This document shows, one piece after another, positions 20,359 through 29,434 of a DNA stretch of 64,000 nt. Every line of letters starts with the position of its first letter. Position 1 is the stretch's first letter. Origin of the DNA: an uncultured bacterium (GTDB lineage: Bacteria > Cyanobacteriota > Vampirovibrionia > Gastranaerophilales > Gastranaerophilaceae); contig CACXDL010000041.1 of the NCBI GenBank assembly GCA_902766395.1, positions 1,400 to 65,399 on the forward strand. The letters are read 5' to 3'. The translations under genes and the position numbers were made by a program. Below the pieces are notes generated by a model. The model was not told where the DNA came from. It ran no database searches and saw nothing but the letters and a program-made list of their open reading frames with translations.

Positions 20359-21834
20359 ATGGACATTAGAAAAGTAGTGTGTCTTGTGATATTAGCATTT
20401 ACACTGGCATTACCGCAAGCACAGGCAATAGAAGATGAAGCCGATTTATTTTATCCTGTAGAAGTTAAGGACGGTACGCTCCTTAATATAATGGATTGTG
20501 TTGCTTTGGCATATAAAAACAGCCCTAAAATAAGACGGCAAAAATATAACTTGGATATTGCAAAAAGCAATGTCGGAATTGCCAAATCTAAATTTTTTCC
20601 GGTAATTGGTGCAGGAGTTGGATTTAATTTTGAACGAAATTCTGATGGAGTGTACTATGACAAAAGATACAGAGATTTACCTGTCGTTGGAGTTACCGTA
20701 AATCAACTGGTCTGGGACTTTGGGAAATCAACTGCTTTTATAAAAATGGAAGAATTTTATAAAATCGGAGCTGAATACGAATTTATGGACGCTTTATGTC
20801 TTACACTTTTTGATATAAAAGCAAAATATTATAATTATCTTCAGGCAAAAGCACTTTTTAATGTCGCAAAAAATAATATTACGTTAAATGAAAAATTTGT
20901 AAAACTTGCAAAAAATAAAGATAAAGCAGATTTGACAACTGCACAGGTTAATTTAAGCGAAGCAAAAATCAAATATATTGAAGCCGAAAACACTTTAAAT
21001 AATGCGAAATACGATTTAAGCAATGCAATGTATTTGGATTCACAACCTGATTATGATATAGAAAACACTCCAACATTTACATATAATGATGACTATGCAT
21101 ATGATTCCAAACTTGTGGAATCAAAACCCTTTGAACCGTATGTTTTTCCGTTCAAAATGGGAGACGCTGTAAGTATTGCATACAATAACAGTCCGGATCT
21201 TCAGGTTTTAATTTCAACAAAAAAAGCAATGGAACAGTCACTAAAATATGTAAAACGTTCATACATGCCTGCCCTCAGTGCCGGAGTAGGATACGGATAC
21301 AACAATACAAATTTTACCAGCAATAACGGTTTGAAAGTCGGAGTAGATTTATCTACTTCCGTCAATCTTATGGAATTAAAACACAGTATTAAAGGTGCAG
21401 ATGCTCAATTAAGACTTGCAGACAACGAAATAAATCTGTTTAAAAAAGATTTATATTACGAAGTCCAACGCGCATTCAATAATGTTAACAGAGCAAAAAA
21501 GCAAGTACCGACAGCAAAAACTGAAGTTGAACAAGCTCTGAATAATTTAAAAATAGTGGAATCACAATATATTGCAAATAAACTTGATTATATTTCTCTG
21601 CAAGACGCCCGAAAGATTTATATAAAATCATTAGACAGCTATATTAACAGCATTTACAATTACAATATTGCACTGATACAAGTTGAAATGGCTATGCATT
21701 ATCATCTTATAGATATTCATCATAAATCAGAACACGCAATGCATTACCACGCAGAAGAATTGATAGAACACTTAAACAAAGTTCTGGAATGCGACGAAAA
21801 AGAAGTTAAAAATAAAAAATCTAAAAAACACTAA
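20359..21834 (+). CDS. TolC-like outer membrane efflux protein
   Basis: Signal peptide ending AQA. Two OEP-type repeats (SPKIRRQKYNLDIAKSNV...FFPVIGAG and SPDLQVL...YMPALSAG). TATAAT-N6-ATG upstream. Confidence 0.75.
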   Translation: MDIRKVVCLVILAFTLALPQAQAIEDEADLFYPVEVKDGTLLNIMDCVALAYKNSPKIRRQKYNLDIAKSNVGIAKSKFFPVIGAGVGFNFERNSDGVYYDKRYRDLPVVGVTVNQLVWDFGKSTAFIKMEEFYKIGAEYEFMDALCLTLFDIKAKYYNYLQAKALFNVAKNNITLNEKFVKLAKNKDKADLTTAQVNLSEAKIKYIEAENTLNNAKYDLSNAMYLDSQPDYDIENTPTFTYNDDYAYDSKLVESKPFEPYVFPFKMGDAVSIAYNNSPDLQVLISTKKAMEQSLKYVKRSYMPALSAGVGYGYNNTNFTSNNGLKVGVDLSTSVNLMELKHSIKGADAQLRLADNEINLFKKDLYYEVQRAFNNVNRAKKQVPTAKTEVEQALNNLKIVESQYIANKLDYISLQDARKIYIKSLDSYINSIYNYNIALIQVEMAMHYHLIDIHHKSEHAMHYHAEELIEHLNKVLECDEKEVKNKKSKKH

Positions 21835-22247
21835 TAATGAACTTCTTTGTTATACCACATTTCATTGATAATTTCCCTGAGCTTTTGTTCATCGCTGAAT
21901 GTAATATGCTTTAAGTTTATATTTGAACCATTTTTCATTTCTAAATAAAGAGAATATACATAATAATGTTTTCTGTGATATTTTGTTCCTGAAGTTCTAT
22001 GATGTTTTAATATTTTATAAGAGGCAATATCTCTTGGATTGAACTGCACTTCTATATGCTCTTTTGTAAAATGATTTTCCCGCGTTGTAACAGTACAACC
22101 AACATCCGGTATGCAATCTAATTTTTGACTTGCATCTGTGAATAAAAAGATTAAAGCAGCAATAAACATAACTACTAAAAACATATAAAAGCGTTCCATC
22201 GGAGTCCTGTCATGACGACTTTTAAATATAAAAGAAAATATACTCAT
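21831..22247 (-). CDS. Hypothetical single-TM protein (138 aa)
   Basis: ORF with one hydrophobic segment (FYMFLVVMFIAALIFLF). Last gene of the co-oriented run downstream of minCDE. Confidence 0.45.
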   Translation of the reverse strand: MSIFSFIFKSRHDRTPMERFYMFLVVMFIAALIFLFTDASQKLDCIPDVGCTVTTRENHFTKEHIEVQFNPRDIASYKILKHHRTSGTKYHRKHYYVYSLYLEMKNGSNINLKHITFSDEQKLREIINEMWYNKEVHY

Positions 22248-22284
22248 AATGATTTAATTTTATTTTCTCTTTATAAAATCGACA

Positions 22285-23295
22285 TCATTTTTCTATATGA
22301 GAATTGACATATTTATCAATTCGCTCTGCCATATAAGTTGAAAACATAGGCAAAACTCCGTAATATATAAATGCAAATATTAATGCAGGGCGTAAAATAT
22401 TTATACCTTCAACATACTTTGATAGATGAGAGTCTTTTGCATTTAGATGTTTAAAATGATTCACAAATTTGTCTGTTTTATTTTTTACAACCCTGTCAAG
22501 AGTATAACCGCCGCCTATAGTTATCCCTGTAGCTATAACATTATTATAAATTAGTGCTTTTTTACGATTCTCTTTTATATCATTGCTTTTATTCGTTCTG
22601 TACGCAGCAGCTCCTGTCAATAAAACATCCGTTGCCGCAGTAATATGCATTGCAATATCTCTGTCTTTTTGTTCATATTTAATTGCAAATTTTCTGACCC
22701 ATTCATTATTGATAACTTTTGAAACTCCTCGTGATAACAAATTATCAAATTTGCCGGTAAATGAAGGATTAGAATTAATATTTTTACTGCTTTTAATTTC
22801 CGGCTTTGATGTTTTAAACAATTTGTCCATAATTATAGGAATTAAAGCAACAGTCATCACAGATTTGGGAATAGCTGTCAAAAAACCAACGCTCAACTTA
22901 AGCATTTGCGTAATCATTTTATAGGCTCTTGGAGAAAGATCTCTTATTGTCTCCGGCTTAAGAAAAATCTGAGGATTTTTATCAATTTTTTTTATAGCCA
23001 ACTCAACAGGCAAAGCAACAGATTCAACAATTCCAAACTTTATCAAACCTGAACATATCGAATTTGAAATTGCATACTGTTTATTTTCTTTTTCTACATC
23101 CGGAGTAGAATTTATTGCAAAAGGTCTAAGCGTAGTTGAAAGAAGTAATGCCGCCCCGGCAGAAAAAGAAGTTCCATGTTCTGAAATTTTTTCCAAAGTT
23201 TTCAAAAAATATCGATTTTTTAAAATATTATTAGTTATATTTGATACGCGCATTTTCCCAAACACAATTATATGCAAAAAAAAGATAAGGAGCAA
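22285..23295 (-). CDS. Hypothetical membrane protein with an internal two-fold repeat
   Basis: The two halves share D[VI].KEN[KR].-x-I.N..[IV]..[ST]G[LI].[FI]G. Start is ambiguous: the TTG at 23295 lies inside a hairpin, and the ATG at 23253 has a weak Shine-Dalgarno. Confidence 0.5.
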   Translation of the reverse strand: MLLIFFLHIIVFGKMRVSNITNNILKNRYFLKTLEKISEHGTSFSAGAALLLSTTLRPFAINSTPDVEKENKQYAISNSICSGLIKFGIVESVALPVELAIKKIDKNPQIFLKPETIRDLSPRAYKMITQMLKLSVGFLTAIPKSVMTVALIPIIMDKLFKTSKPEIKSSKNINSNPSFTGKFDNLLSRGVSKVINNEWVRKFAIKYEQKDRDIAMHITAATDVLLTGAAAYRTNKSNDIKENRKKALIYNNVIATGITIGGGYTLDRVVKNKTDKFVNHFKHLNAKDSHLSKYVEGINILRPALIFAFIYYGVLPMFSTYMAERIDKYVNSHIEK

Positions 23296-23312
23296 TTACA
23301 CCCCTTATCTTT
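23276..23312 (-). terminator. Terminator-like hairpin after minE
   Basis: On the minus strand: AAAGATAAGG (23312-23303), 12-nt loop, CCTTATCTTT (23290-23281), then a T run. AT-rich stem, so possibly only partial termination. Confidence 0.45.
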
Positions 23313-23327
23313 TTTAAATATTTTACA

Positions 23328-23945
23328 TTATTTTTCTTCTTTTTTTACTTTTGATTCTTTTTTACTTTCAACTTTTACATCTTTCTCATCAGAATCAACA
23401 GCTTCATCTTCTGATTCAGAATCCTTTTGTTCGCCAGAAGAGCTGTCATCTTCTTGTTTTAAAGAATCCTCATCTGATTCTTCATCATCTTCAGAGGAAT
23501 CTGCATCTTCTTCATCATTTTCCTCTTTAGCTTCTGAAGACTCATCAGTATTTTCTTCTTCATCATCTTCCTCTGATTCTTTGTTGTTTTCATCAGAATC
23601 TTCAACAGAGGTTTTTGCTTCTTCTTTTTCCTTTATTGCTGCTTCTATTTCTGCTTCATCTTTTGCTCTTACAACAGGAATAGAAAGCATCAAAGCCATT
23701 TGTTCCCTTTCTTGTTCAAAATTTAGTTCAAGAGCTTCTTTGTCTAATTCTACATATGTTGAAAGGACTTCTATTAACTCTTTTCTCATACGATGCATAA
23801 TCTCAGGAGTGAGATTAGTTCTATCCTGCATTAACACAAGTCTTAATCTGCTGACTGCAGTATTTTTTGAATCTTCTTTCGGTTCTGCCTGACCAAATAA
23901 ACCTAAAATTTTATTATAAATTTCTGCAAAAATATTCTCTGCCAT
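23328..23945 (-). CDS. minE: Cell division topological specificity factor MinE with a long acidic C-terminal extension
   Basis: The N-terminal ~95 aa resemble MinE (NTAVSRLRLVLMQDR...IEVLSTYVELD...LMLSIPV). About 110 further residues are rich in Asp/Glu/Ser. Directly downstream of minD. Confidence 0.85.
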   Translation of the reverse strand: MAENIFAEIYNKILGLFGQAEPKEDSKNTAVSRLRLVLMQDRTNLTPEIMHRMRKELIEVLSTYVELDKEALELNFEQEREQMALMLSIPVVRAKDEAEIEAAIKEKEEAKTSVEDSDENNKESEEDDEEENTDESSEAKEENDEEDADSSEDDEESDEDSLKQEDDSSSGEQKDSESEDEAVDSDEKDVKVESKKESKVKKEEK

Positions 23946-23946
23946 C

Positions 23947-24768
23947 TTAGTTCTCCTTTCCTTTATTCAGGAATTTTGCGAAGAACTTTTTAATTTTTGG
24001 TAATAACTTCATTTCTTCTTCAAAATTTATAATAGGTACTTCATTACCGATAATCCTTTGGGCAACATTTCTGTATGCACGTCCCGCCAATGATTTTTCA
24101 TCATTTACTATTGGCTCACCTTTGTTTGTTGAAGTAATAATTCCTGCATCTTCTGGAATTATACCAATCAAATCAGCTGACAAAATTTCAACAACTTCAT
24201 CTGCACTCATCATATCTTTTGCATTCACCATCTTTGGCCTGTATCTGTTTAAAAGTAAACGATATGATTTAATTTCTTCTTTTGCTTCCAGTAGCCCGAT
24301 AATTCTGTCCGCATCACGAACTGCAGACATCTCTGGGGTGGTAACTACGATTGCTTCAGAAGCACCTGCAACAGCATTTTGAAATCCCTGTTCAATACCT
24401 GCAGGACAGTCAACTAATACAAAGTCAAATTTTTCTTTTAATTCATCACAGATATTTTTTAATTGTTCTTCTGTAACTGCGGTCTTATCTCTTGTTTGAG
24501 CCGCAGCTAAAAGACACAAATTAGGATTTTTCTTATCCTTCACAAGTGCTTGCTTCAATTTGCATCGTTCTTCAACAACATCGACAATTGTATAAACAAT
24601 TCTATTTTCCAGTCCCAATAACAAATCCAAATTTCTTAATCCTAAATCTGTATCTATCATTACGACTTTCTTTCCCGCTCTAGCCAGCGCGGTTCCGATA
24701 TTGGCATTTGTCGTGGTTTTACCTACTCCGCCCTTTCCGGATGTTATTACTATTACTCTACCGGTCAT
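23947..24768 (-). CDS. minD: Septum site-determining ATPase MinD
   Basis: Deviant Walker A GKGGVGKTT. Typical length. C-terminal amphipathic helix (KKFFAKFLNKG). Confidence 0.95.
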   Translation of the reverse strand: MTGRVIVITSGKGGVGKTTTNANIGTALARAGKKVVMIDTDLGLRNLDLLLGLENRIVYTIVDVVEERCKLKQALVKDKKNPNLCLLAAAQTRDKTAVTEEQLKNICDELKEKFDFVLVDCPAGIEQGFQNAVAGASEAIVVTTPEMSAVRDADRIIGLLEAKEEIKSYRLLLNRYRPKMVNAKDMMSADEVVEILSADLIGIIPEDAGIITSTNKGEPIVNDEKSLAGRAYRNVAQRIIGNEVPIINFEEEMKLLPKIKKFFAKFLNKGKEN

Positions 24769-24778
24769 TTATTTCTCC

Positions 24779-25633
24779 TTAATTTTCATCATGTATTTTT
24801 TTTATTATTATTGTATCTTTATAAGCAAATGCTTCTTCAGGAGTATATTCACTTGATTTTTGGATATATGGTACATTAACGGTATCCGGTCTTCTTGCAA
24901 ATATTTCTCCAATTCTGATTTGTACAGGGTTTAATTTCAAAGCTCTTATTCGTGCGTAATTGTTATTATCAGATCCGGCATGCGCAATTCCTGCTAAAAT
25001 ACCCCATACGGTAATATCACCTTTTGCAATTATTTCAGCGCCGGGATTAACATCACCAATTATCAAAACATTCCCATCGGAGGATATACTTTGTCCTGAA
25101 CGAATTGTTTTTCTGATATATAAAGTCGGCATCTTTTCAATTTCTTCACGACTGTTAAGAGATTCTTCACTTGTTTCAACTTCTGTTTCATCAATTATCG
25201 GGGCAGAAATATCATCACTTTCATAAGCAACAGAAACTTTTTCTTGATCCATAGTTTTTTCGGTGTCTGCATCATTTTCACCAAAAATATGATCCAGAGC
25301 CTTTTCTACTTCAACATTCTCATTTTGAAAAGAAGGTGCGGTTAACTCATTCGTAAATTGCGAAATTTTTATATCTAATTCTGATGCAGATTCCAATGTT
25401 TGAGATGAACTTGTACTGATAAATTCTAATTTTGACTCCATCAATTCAACAAGAGTCCTTATACTGCTTAATTCAGAATTCGAAAGATCTATATTGCCAA
25501 GTTTTAAACAAATTTGTTTGCCTTTAGACTCCGGCATATCCAAAACTCTTGAAAGTTCATATATAACTTCAGAAGTTTTTTTTGCGTGGGATAAATCCAC
25601 TATAAAACCATTTTCTACATACCCTTTGTCCAT
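24779..25633 (-). CDS. minC: Septum site-determining protein MinC
   Basis: C-terminal beta-helix motif (GDVNPGAEIIAKGDITVWGILAGIAHAG). Position upstream of minD. Confidence 0.8.
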   Translation of the reverse strand: MDKGYVENGFIVDLSHAKKTSEVIYELSRVLDMPESKGKQICLKLGNIDLSNSELSSIRTLVELMESKLEFISTSSSQTLESASELDIKISQFTNELTAPSFQNENVEVEKALDHIFGENDADTEKTMDQEKVSVAYESDDISAPIIDETEVETSEESLNSREEIEKMPTLYIRKTIRSGQSISSDGNVLIIGDVNPGAEIIAKGDITVWGILAGIAHAGSDNNNYARIRALKLNPVQIRIGEIFARRPDTVNVPYIQKSSEYTPEEAFAYKDTIIIKKIHDEN

Positions 25634-25728
25634 AATTCCCTTTCTGAAAATCAGCTACACAAATAGGGTAACTCAAAAAATATTAATCTTCAAGAAAAAT
25701 TTTATAATTGTAATTAAATCATTTACAA

Positions 25729-26610
25729 TCAGCTTAAAGATCTATATGCTCTATTCACCGTCGCAACATATGTTTTTGTTTCTGCTATATCAGGAACTGA
25801 GCTTTGAACTCTTGCAGGGCCCGCATTATAGGCAGCAACCACTAAATCCATATTTCCGTTATAACGTTCTTTTAAATATTTTATAAATTTCACTGCCGCA
25901 TCAATATTTTGTTCAATATTATAAGGGTCTGATGCTCCATATTGACTTGCTGTTCCCGGCATCAATTGCATTAACCCCGCAGCTCCGCACCTTGAAGTTG
26001 CATTCGGATCAAATTTCGATTCCGCATACATCATTGAGATAACTAGCTTTGGATCAACATTATATTTATTGCATGCACTTTCTACAGCAGCTAAAATTCT
26101 TTCTTTTCGGTCATTTGGGACATTTTTCATTAAATCAGAATTTTTTATACTTGGCAGCGCATTTTTATTATAATTCACATCAGATACAGATGCTCCAGAC
26201 ACAGCTCCTTGAGATTGCACTGTCGATGAAGGGAAATTAATAAAAGGCATACTTAATTTCGGCATAGAAAAATTAATTAGAGGCAAAGTACTTGTTTGAC
26301 TTAAGCCTACCCCGGAATACAAATTCGAATATAAGCCGGTACTTGCATCATAACTAAAAGTATAGTTACTATTTAAATTTGGATTAGTTGCAGTCTGAGA
26401 ATAGTTATAATTTGATGATGCCGAATTAAAAGATGGATATATTTGAGAACATGAAGATCCACTACACATAGGAATATAACCCATTGGCACGTAAGTCGGC
26501 AATCCGGAAGTTGCTAATGCCATACCCATATAAAAATTTGCACGAGGATTACACCCAAACATAAATGGTCCTGAATATGCTATTCGATTATGAAATACCA
26601 TCGAAAACAT
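25729..26610 (-). CDS. Lytic transglycosylase (SLT domain) with a low-complexity N-terminal region
   Basis: SLT catalytic motif MMYAESKFDPNATSRCGAAGLMQLMPGTA...AAYNAGP. N/S/Y-rich N-terminal half. GAGGA Shine-Dalgarno. Confidence 0.85.
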   Translation of the reverse strand: MFSMVFHNRIAYSGPFMFGCNPRANFYMGMALATSGLPTYVPMGYIPMCSGSSCSQIYPSFNSASSNYNYSQTATNPNLNSNYTFSYDASTGLYSNLYSGVGLSQTSTLPLINFSMPKLSMPFINFPSSTVQSQGAVSGASVSDVNYNKNALPSIKNSDLMKNVPNDRKERILAAVESACNKYNVDPKLVISMMYAESKFDPNATSRCGAAGLMQLMPGTASQYGASDPYNIEQNIDAAVKFIKYLKERYNGNMDLVVAAYNAGPARVQSSVPDIAETKTYVATVNRAYRSLS

Positions 26611-26625
26611 GTAATATCCTCATCA

Positions 26626-26665
26626 TCTCTTATATATATAAAGATAAAATTTCATTTAAAATTGC
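26626..26665 (-). promoter_or_regulatory. Recurrent promoter-like motif, copy C (weaker)
   Basis: Minus strand reads GCAATTTTAAATGAAATTTTATCTTTATATATATAAGAGA. It shares GCAATTTT-N14-CTTTATAT with copies A and B at identical spacing. Lies 15 nt upstream of the slt ATG. Confidence 0.35.
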
Positions 26666-26776
26666 ATTTCCCATTAAAAGATGTAAACAAATATTAACAA
26701 ATTTAACAAACTGGTTAGCCGATATAAATTTGTTTATTATATATTTGAATATAGGGTAGAAGGATATTATATAAGA

Positions 26777-27457
26777 ATGTTTAATGAAACTAAAACACAC
26801 GAAATCACAGTCGACGTTGTAATACTTACAATTAAAAACAACGCACTACAGGTTCTGTTAGTAAAAAGAACAAATGAGCCGTTTAAAGATAAATGGGCTA
26901 TTCCCGGAGGATATGTCAGATTGTCAGAAAATCTTGATGATGCAGCATTACGCGTTTTAAAAGAAAAAACAGCAGTTGACAACATTTATCTTGAACAGCT
27001 GTACACTTTTGGTGATCCTTTGAGACACCCTAATGCACGTGTAATTACATGCGCATATTTTGCATTAGTAAGATCAGAAGATATCAAAATTATTTCAACT
27101 CCTGAACTTGGATGGCATAAAGTTGATGATTTACCACCTCTCGCGTTCGACCACAAAGAGATTATTCAATATTCTCTGAAAAGAACAAGAGAAAGATTGG
27201 AAATATGTCCTGTTGCATATCAGTTGTTACCGGAAAAATTCACTCTTACAGAAATGCAAAAATCTTATGAACTTATAATGCAAAAGAAACTGGATAAAAG
27301 AAATTTCAGAAAAAAAGCTCTTTCGACAAACGGACTTGTTGAACTTGAAGAATATACAAAATCTTCTTCAAAACGTCCTGCAAGACTCTATACCTTTGAA
27401 TCTATTGAATTAAATTCAAAAAGAGCCCATTTTATAAAAAAAGGAGATAAAAAATAA
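26777..27457 (+). CDS. NrtR-like Nudix-related transcriptional regulator
   Basis: N-terminal Nudix fold with a degenerate Nudix box (GGYVRLSENLDDAALRVLKEKTAV). C-terminal winged-helix region with LAFDH and DKRNFRKK, typical of NrtR. Confidence 0.7.
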   Translation: MFNETKTHEITVDVVILTIKNNALQVLLVKRTNEPFKDKWAIPGGYVRLSENLDDAALRVLKEKTAVDNIYLEQLYTFGDPLRHPNARVITCAYFALVRSEDIKIISTPELGWHKVDDLPPLAFDHKEIIQYSLKRTRERLEICPVAYQLLPEKFTLTEMQKSYELIMQKKLDKRNFRKKALSTNGLVELEEYTKSSSKRPARLYTFESIELNSKRAHFIKKGDKK

Positions 27458-27681
27458 TGGCTAATACATTATGGACAATATCAACTGTCAGCGCAGTTTT
27501 ATTAATAATTTTGATTTTAATGCACTCACCAAAAGGAGATGGTATTGGAGGTATTGGTGGTGCTTCTCATATTTTTGCATCTCAAAAAAGCGCAGAAAAA
27601 GGTTTGAATAAAATAACAGGTATTGTTTGCGCAATATTTATCATTTGCTCTTTTCTTATTGGTTTAGGAATTGTAAAATAG
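27457..27681 (+). CDS. secG: Preprotein translocase subunit SecG
   Basis: 74 aa, two TM segments, Gly-rich loop (KGDGIGGIGGAS). Start overlaps the upstream stop (TAATG). Confidence 0.8.
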   Translation: MANTLWTISTVSAVLLIILILMHSPKGDGIGGIGGASHIFASQKSAEKGLNKITGIVCAIFIICSFLIGLGIVK

Positions 27682-27768
27682 ATAACCTGCCTACCCTTGT
27701 TTACTAATTTATAAATACACTTTATTTGCTATTATAAATATGTTATAATAGTAAATACGAGGTTAAAT

Positions 27769-28158
27769 ATGGACAAAAAGACGATTTTAACAATTTTGGC
27801 TGTAATCATTCTACCGGTTTTGGCTTTCTGGGGAGTTTCGTTTAGCAAAGAATCATCTGCAATTGCGCAGAGCGGGAATAAACCTCAGGTGATAAAATTT
27901 TCTTCGACTATGTGTCTTGAATGCAAACAGGTTGAAAAAATCTTTAAAGAAATACTTCCTAAATACCAAGATAAAATTGAATACATATCTGTTATTGTAG
28001 ACAGCAGAAAAGACATGAATCATAACCTTATAAAAAAACATAAAGTCCAGCTTGTACCTACAGTTGTTATGATAAATTCTAGCGGACAAGAATGTAAAAG
28101 GTTTGAAGGTGCTGTTTCTAAAGAAAAATATGAACATGCTATTGAAGGTTTAAAATAA
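27769..28158 (+). CDS. Membrane-anchored thioredoxin-fold protein
   Basis: Signal anchor, CxxC (CLEC), and a downstream cis-Pro-type VPT motif. Translationally coupled to ccdA. Confidence 0.65.
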   Translation: MDKKTILTILAVIILPVLAFWGVSFSKESSAIAQSGNKPQVIKFSSTMCLECKQVEKIFKEILPKYQDKIEYISVIVDSRKDMNHNLIKKHKVQLVPTVVMINSSGQECKRFEGAVSKEKYEHAIEGLK

Positions 28159-28856
28159 TGGAAGATTTAATAAATCTCTTTTCTCAACCAACCAGCATAT
28201 ATATACTGTTTGCGGCATCTTTTATAGGTGGTCTTATAGCTTCAATATCACCTTGTTCTCTTTCAATGCTGCCACTAATTATTGGTTATGTAGGAGGCTT
28301 TTCAAATGAAAAACCTGCAAAAACCCTGATTCAAATGATATTTTTTGTTCTTGGTTCAAGCATTGTTTTTTCAATAATTGGAATATTCTGCGCTTTAACA
28401 GGGAAAATATTTTTAGGAAACCCTTATTTCGCCGTAATTATAGCATCCGTAATATTAATAATGGGTTTAAACATCCTGGGAATAATCAATTTTCAACTCC
28501 CAACAGTTATTAAAGAAATGCCGAAAAATAACATTAATAATGAATTTATATACCCGATAATACTTGGAGGAGCTTTTGCTCTTATAGGAACACCTTGTTC
28601 TACTCCTATCCTTGCAAGTATAATGGCGTTCGCTTCAATTTCAGCAAAAATAGGTCACTCCATTATTATGCTGTTTTTATTTTCGTTAGGACAGGGACTA
28701 ATATTTATACTGGCAGGAGTCATTACCTCAAAATTGAAAAATTCCGGAGATAAATTTTATAAAATATCCGAAATTATAATGAAAATAAGCGGAATTTTAT
28801 TAATTCTTGTTGCGATTTATATTTACTACAAAGTTTTTGGGGCTTTATTTGCATAA
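28158..28856 (+). CDS. ccdA: Cytochrome c-type biogenesis / thiol-disulfide electron transfer protein CcdA (DsbD core)
   Basis: Six TM segments with the two conserved Cys motifs SPCSLSMLPL and GTPCSTPIL. Confidence 0.85.
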   Translation: MEDLINLFSQPTSIYILFAASFIGGLIASISPCSLSMLPLIIGYVGGFSNEKPAKTLIQMIFFVLGSSIVFSIIGIFCALTGKIFLGNPYFAVIIASVILIMGLNILGIINFQLPTVIKEMPKNNINNEFIYPIILGGAFALIGTPCSTPILASIMAFASISAKIGHSIIMLFLFSLGQGLIFILAGVITSKLKNSGDKFYKISEIIMKISGILLILVAIYIYYKVFGALFA

Positions 28857-28942
28857 AAATTATTAACATTTAGCCATAAAACATTGTAAAATAACCTTTT
28901 GTATTGTATCATGTGACATATATAGGATTAGGAGAAAGTATC

Positions 28943-29407
28943 ATGAAAACATACGAAGGACAGCTTGTAGCATCTGAAAGCGACAAATTTTGTATAATAC
29001 TTGCACGTTTTAACGATTTTATAGGTGCAAAATTATTATCAGGTGCCATTGATGAATTAAAAAGACACGGAGTAAAAGATGAAAATATAGAAATAATAAG
29101 AGTTCCTGGGGCTTTTGAAATTCCTGTTATTGCCCAAAAAGTTGCCTCCTTGAAAAAATACAATGCCATCATCACTCTTGGAGCTGTCATAAAGGGAGCA
29201 ACCCCTCATTTTGATTTTGTATCAAGTGAAGGGGCTAAAGGAATTGCTCAAGTAAGCCTCGCAACAGGAGTTCCTGTTACATTTGGTGTTCTTACAACAG
29301 ATAACATAGAACAGGCAATTGAAAGAGCCGGAACAAAAGCAGGAAACAAAGGATCTGACGCTGCAAGAACTGCTATTGAAATGGCAAATTTGATAAAAGA
29401 ATTATAA
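28943..29407 (+). CDS. ribH: 6,7-dimethyl-8-ribityllumazine synthase
   Basis: Start reassigned to the ATG at 28943 (AGGAGA Shine-Dalgarno). Motifs [32 protein letters not shown]. Confidence 0.9.
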   Translation: MKTYEGQLVASESDKFCIILARFNDFIGAKLLSGAIDELKRHGVKDENIEIIRVPGAFEIPVIAQKVASLKKYNAIITLGAVIKGATPHFDFVSSEGAKGIAQVSLATGVPVTFGVLTTDNIEQAIERAGTKAGNKGSDAARTAIEMANLIKEL

Positions 29408-29434
29408 TGTAGTGTGTTTATAAGGAGTTTTACT

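Noticed and set aside
23272-23892. 206-aa Ser-rich ORF on the plus strand
   Set aside because: It is the exact antisense of the GAA/GAT-rich acidic tail of minE, so the codons read as TTC/ATC/TCx on the other strand. It has no promoter or Shine-Dalgarno and is extremely low-complexity. It is a mirror artefact of the real minus-strand gene.
26698-26725. Perfect sigma-D/FliA -10 box GCCGATAT (26718-26725) upstream of the NrtR-like gene
   Set aside because: The best -35 candidate is only CAAA, with a 16-nt spacer. The downstream genes (nrtR-like, secG) have no motility link. A single 8-mer of this composition is expected roughly once by chance in 128 kb of two-strand sequence. A better-placed TATTAT-N6-ATG promoter exists.
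28857-28942. FMN riboswitch upstream of ribH, and a T-box or leader upstream of glyQ (56219-56314) or proB (53741-53811)
   Set aside because: The intergenic regions are only about 85-125 nt and are largely occupied by promoter elements and a preceding terminator. That is too short for these RNA elements, and no conserved cores (for example the T-box sequence or FMN aptamer helices) are visible.
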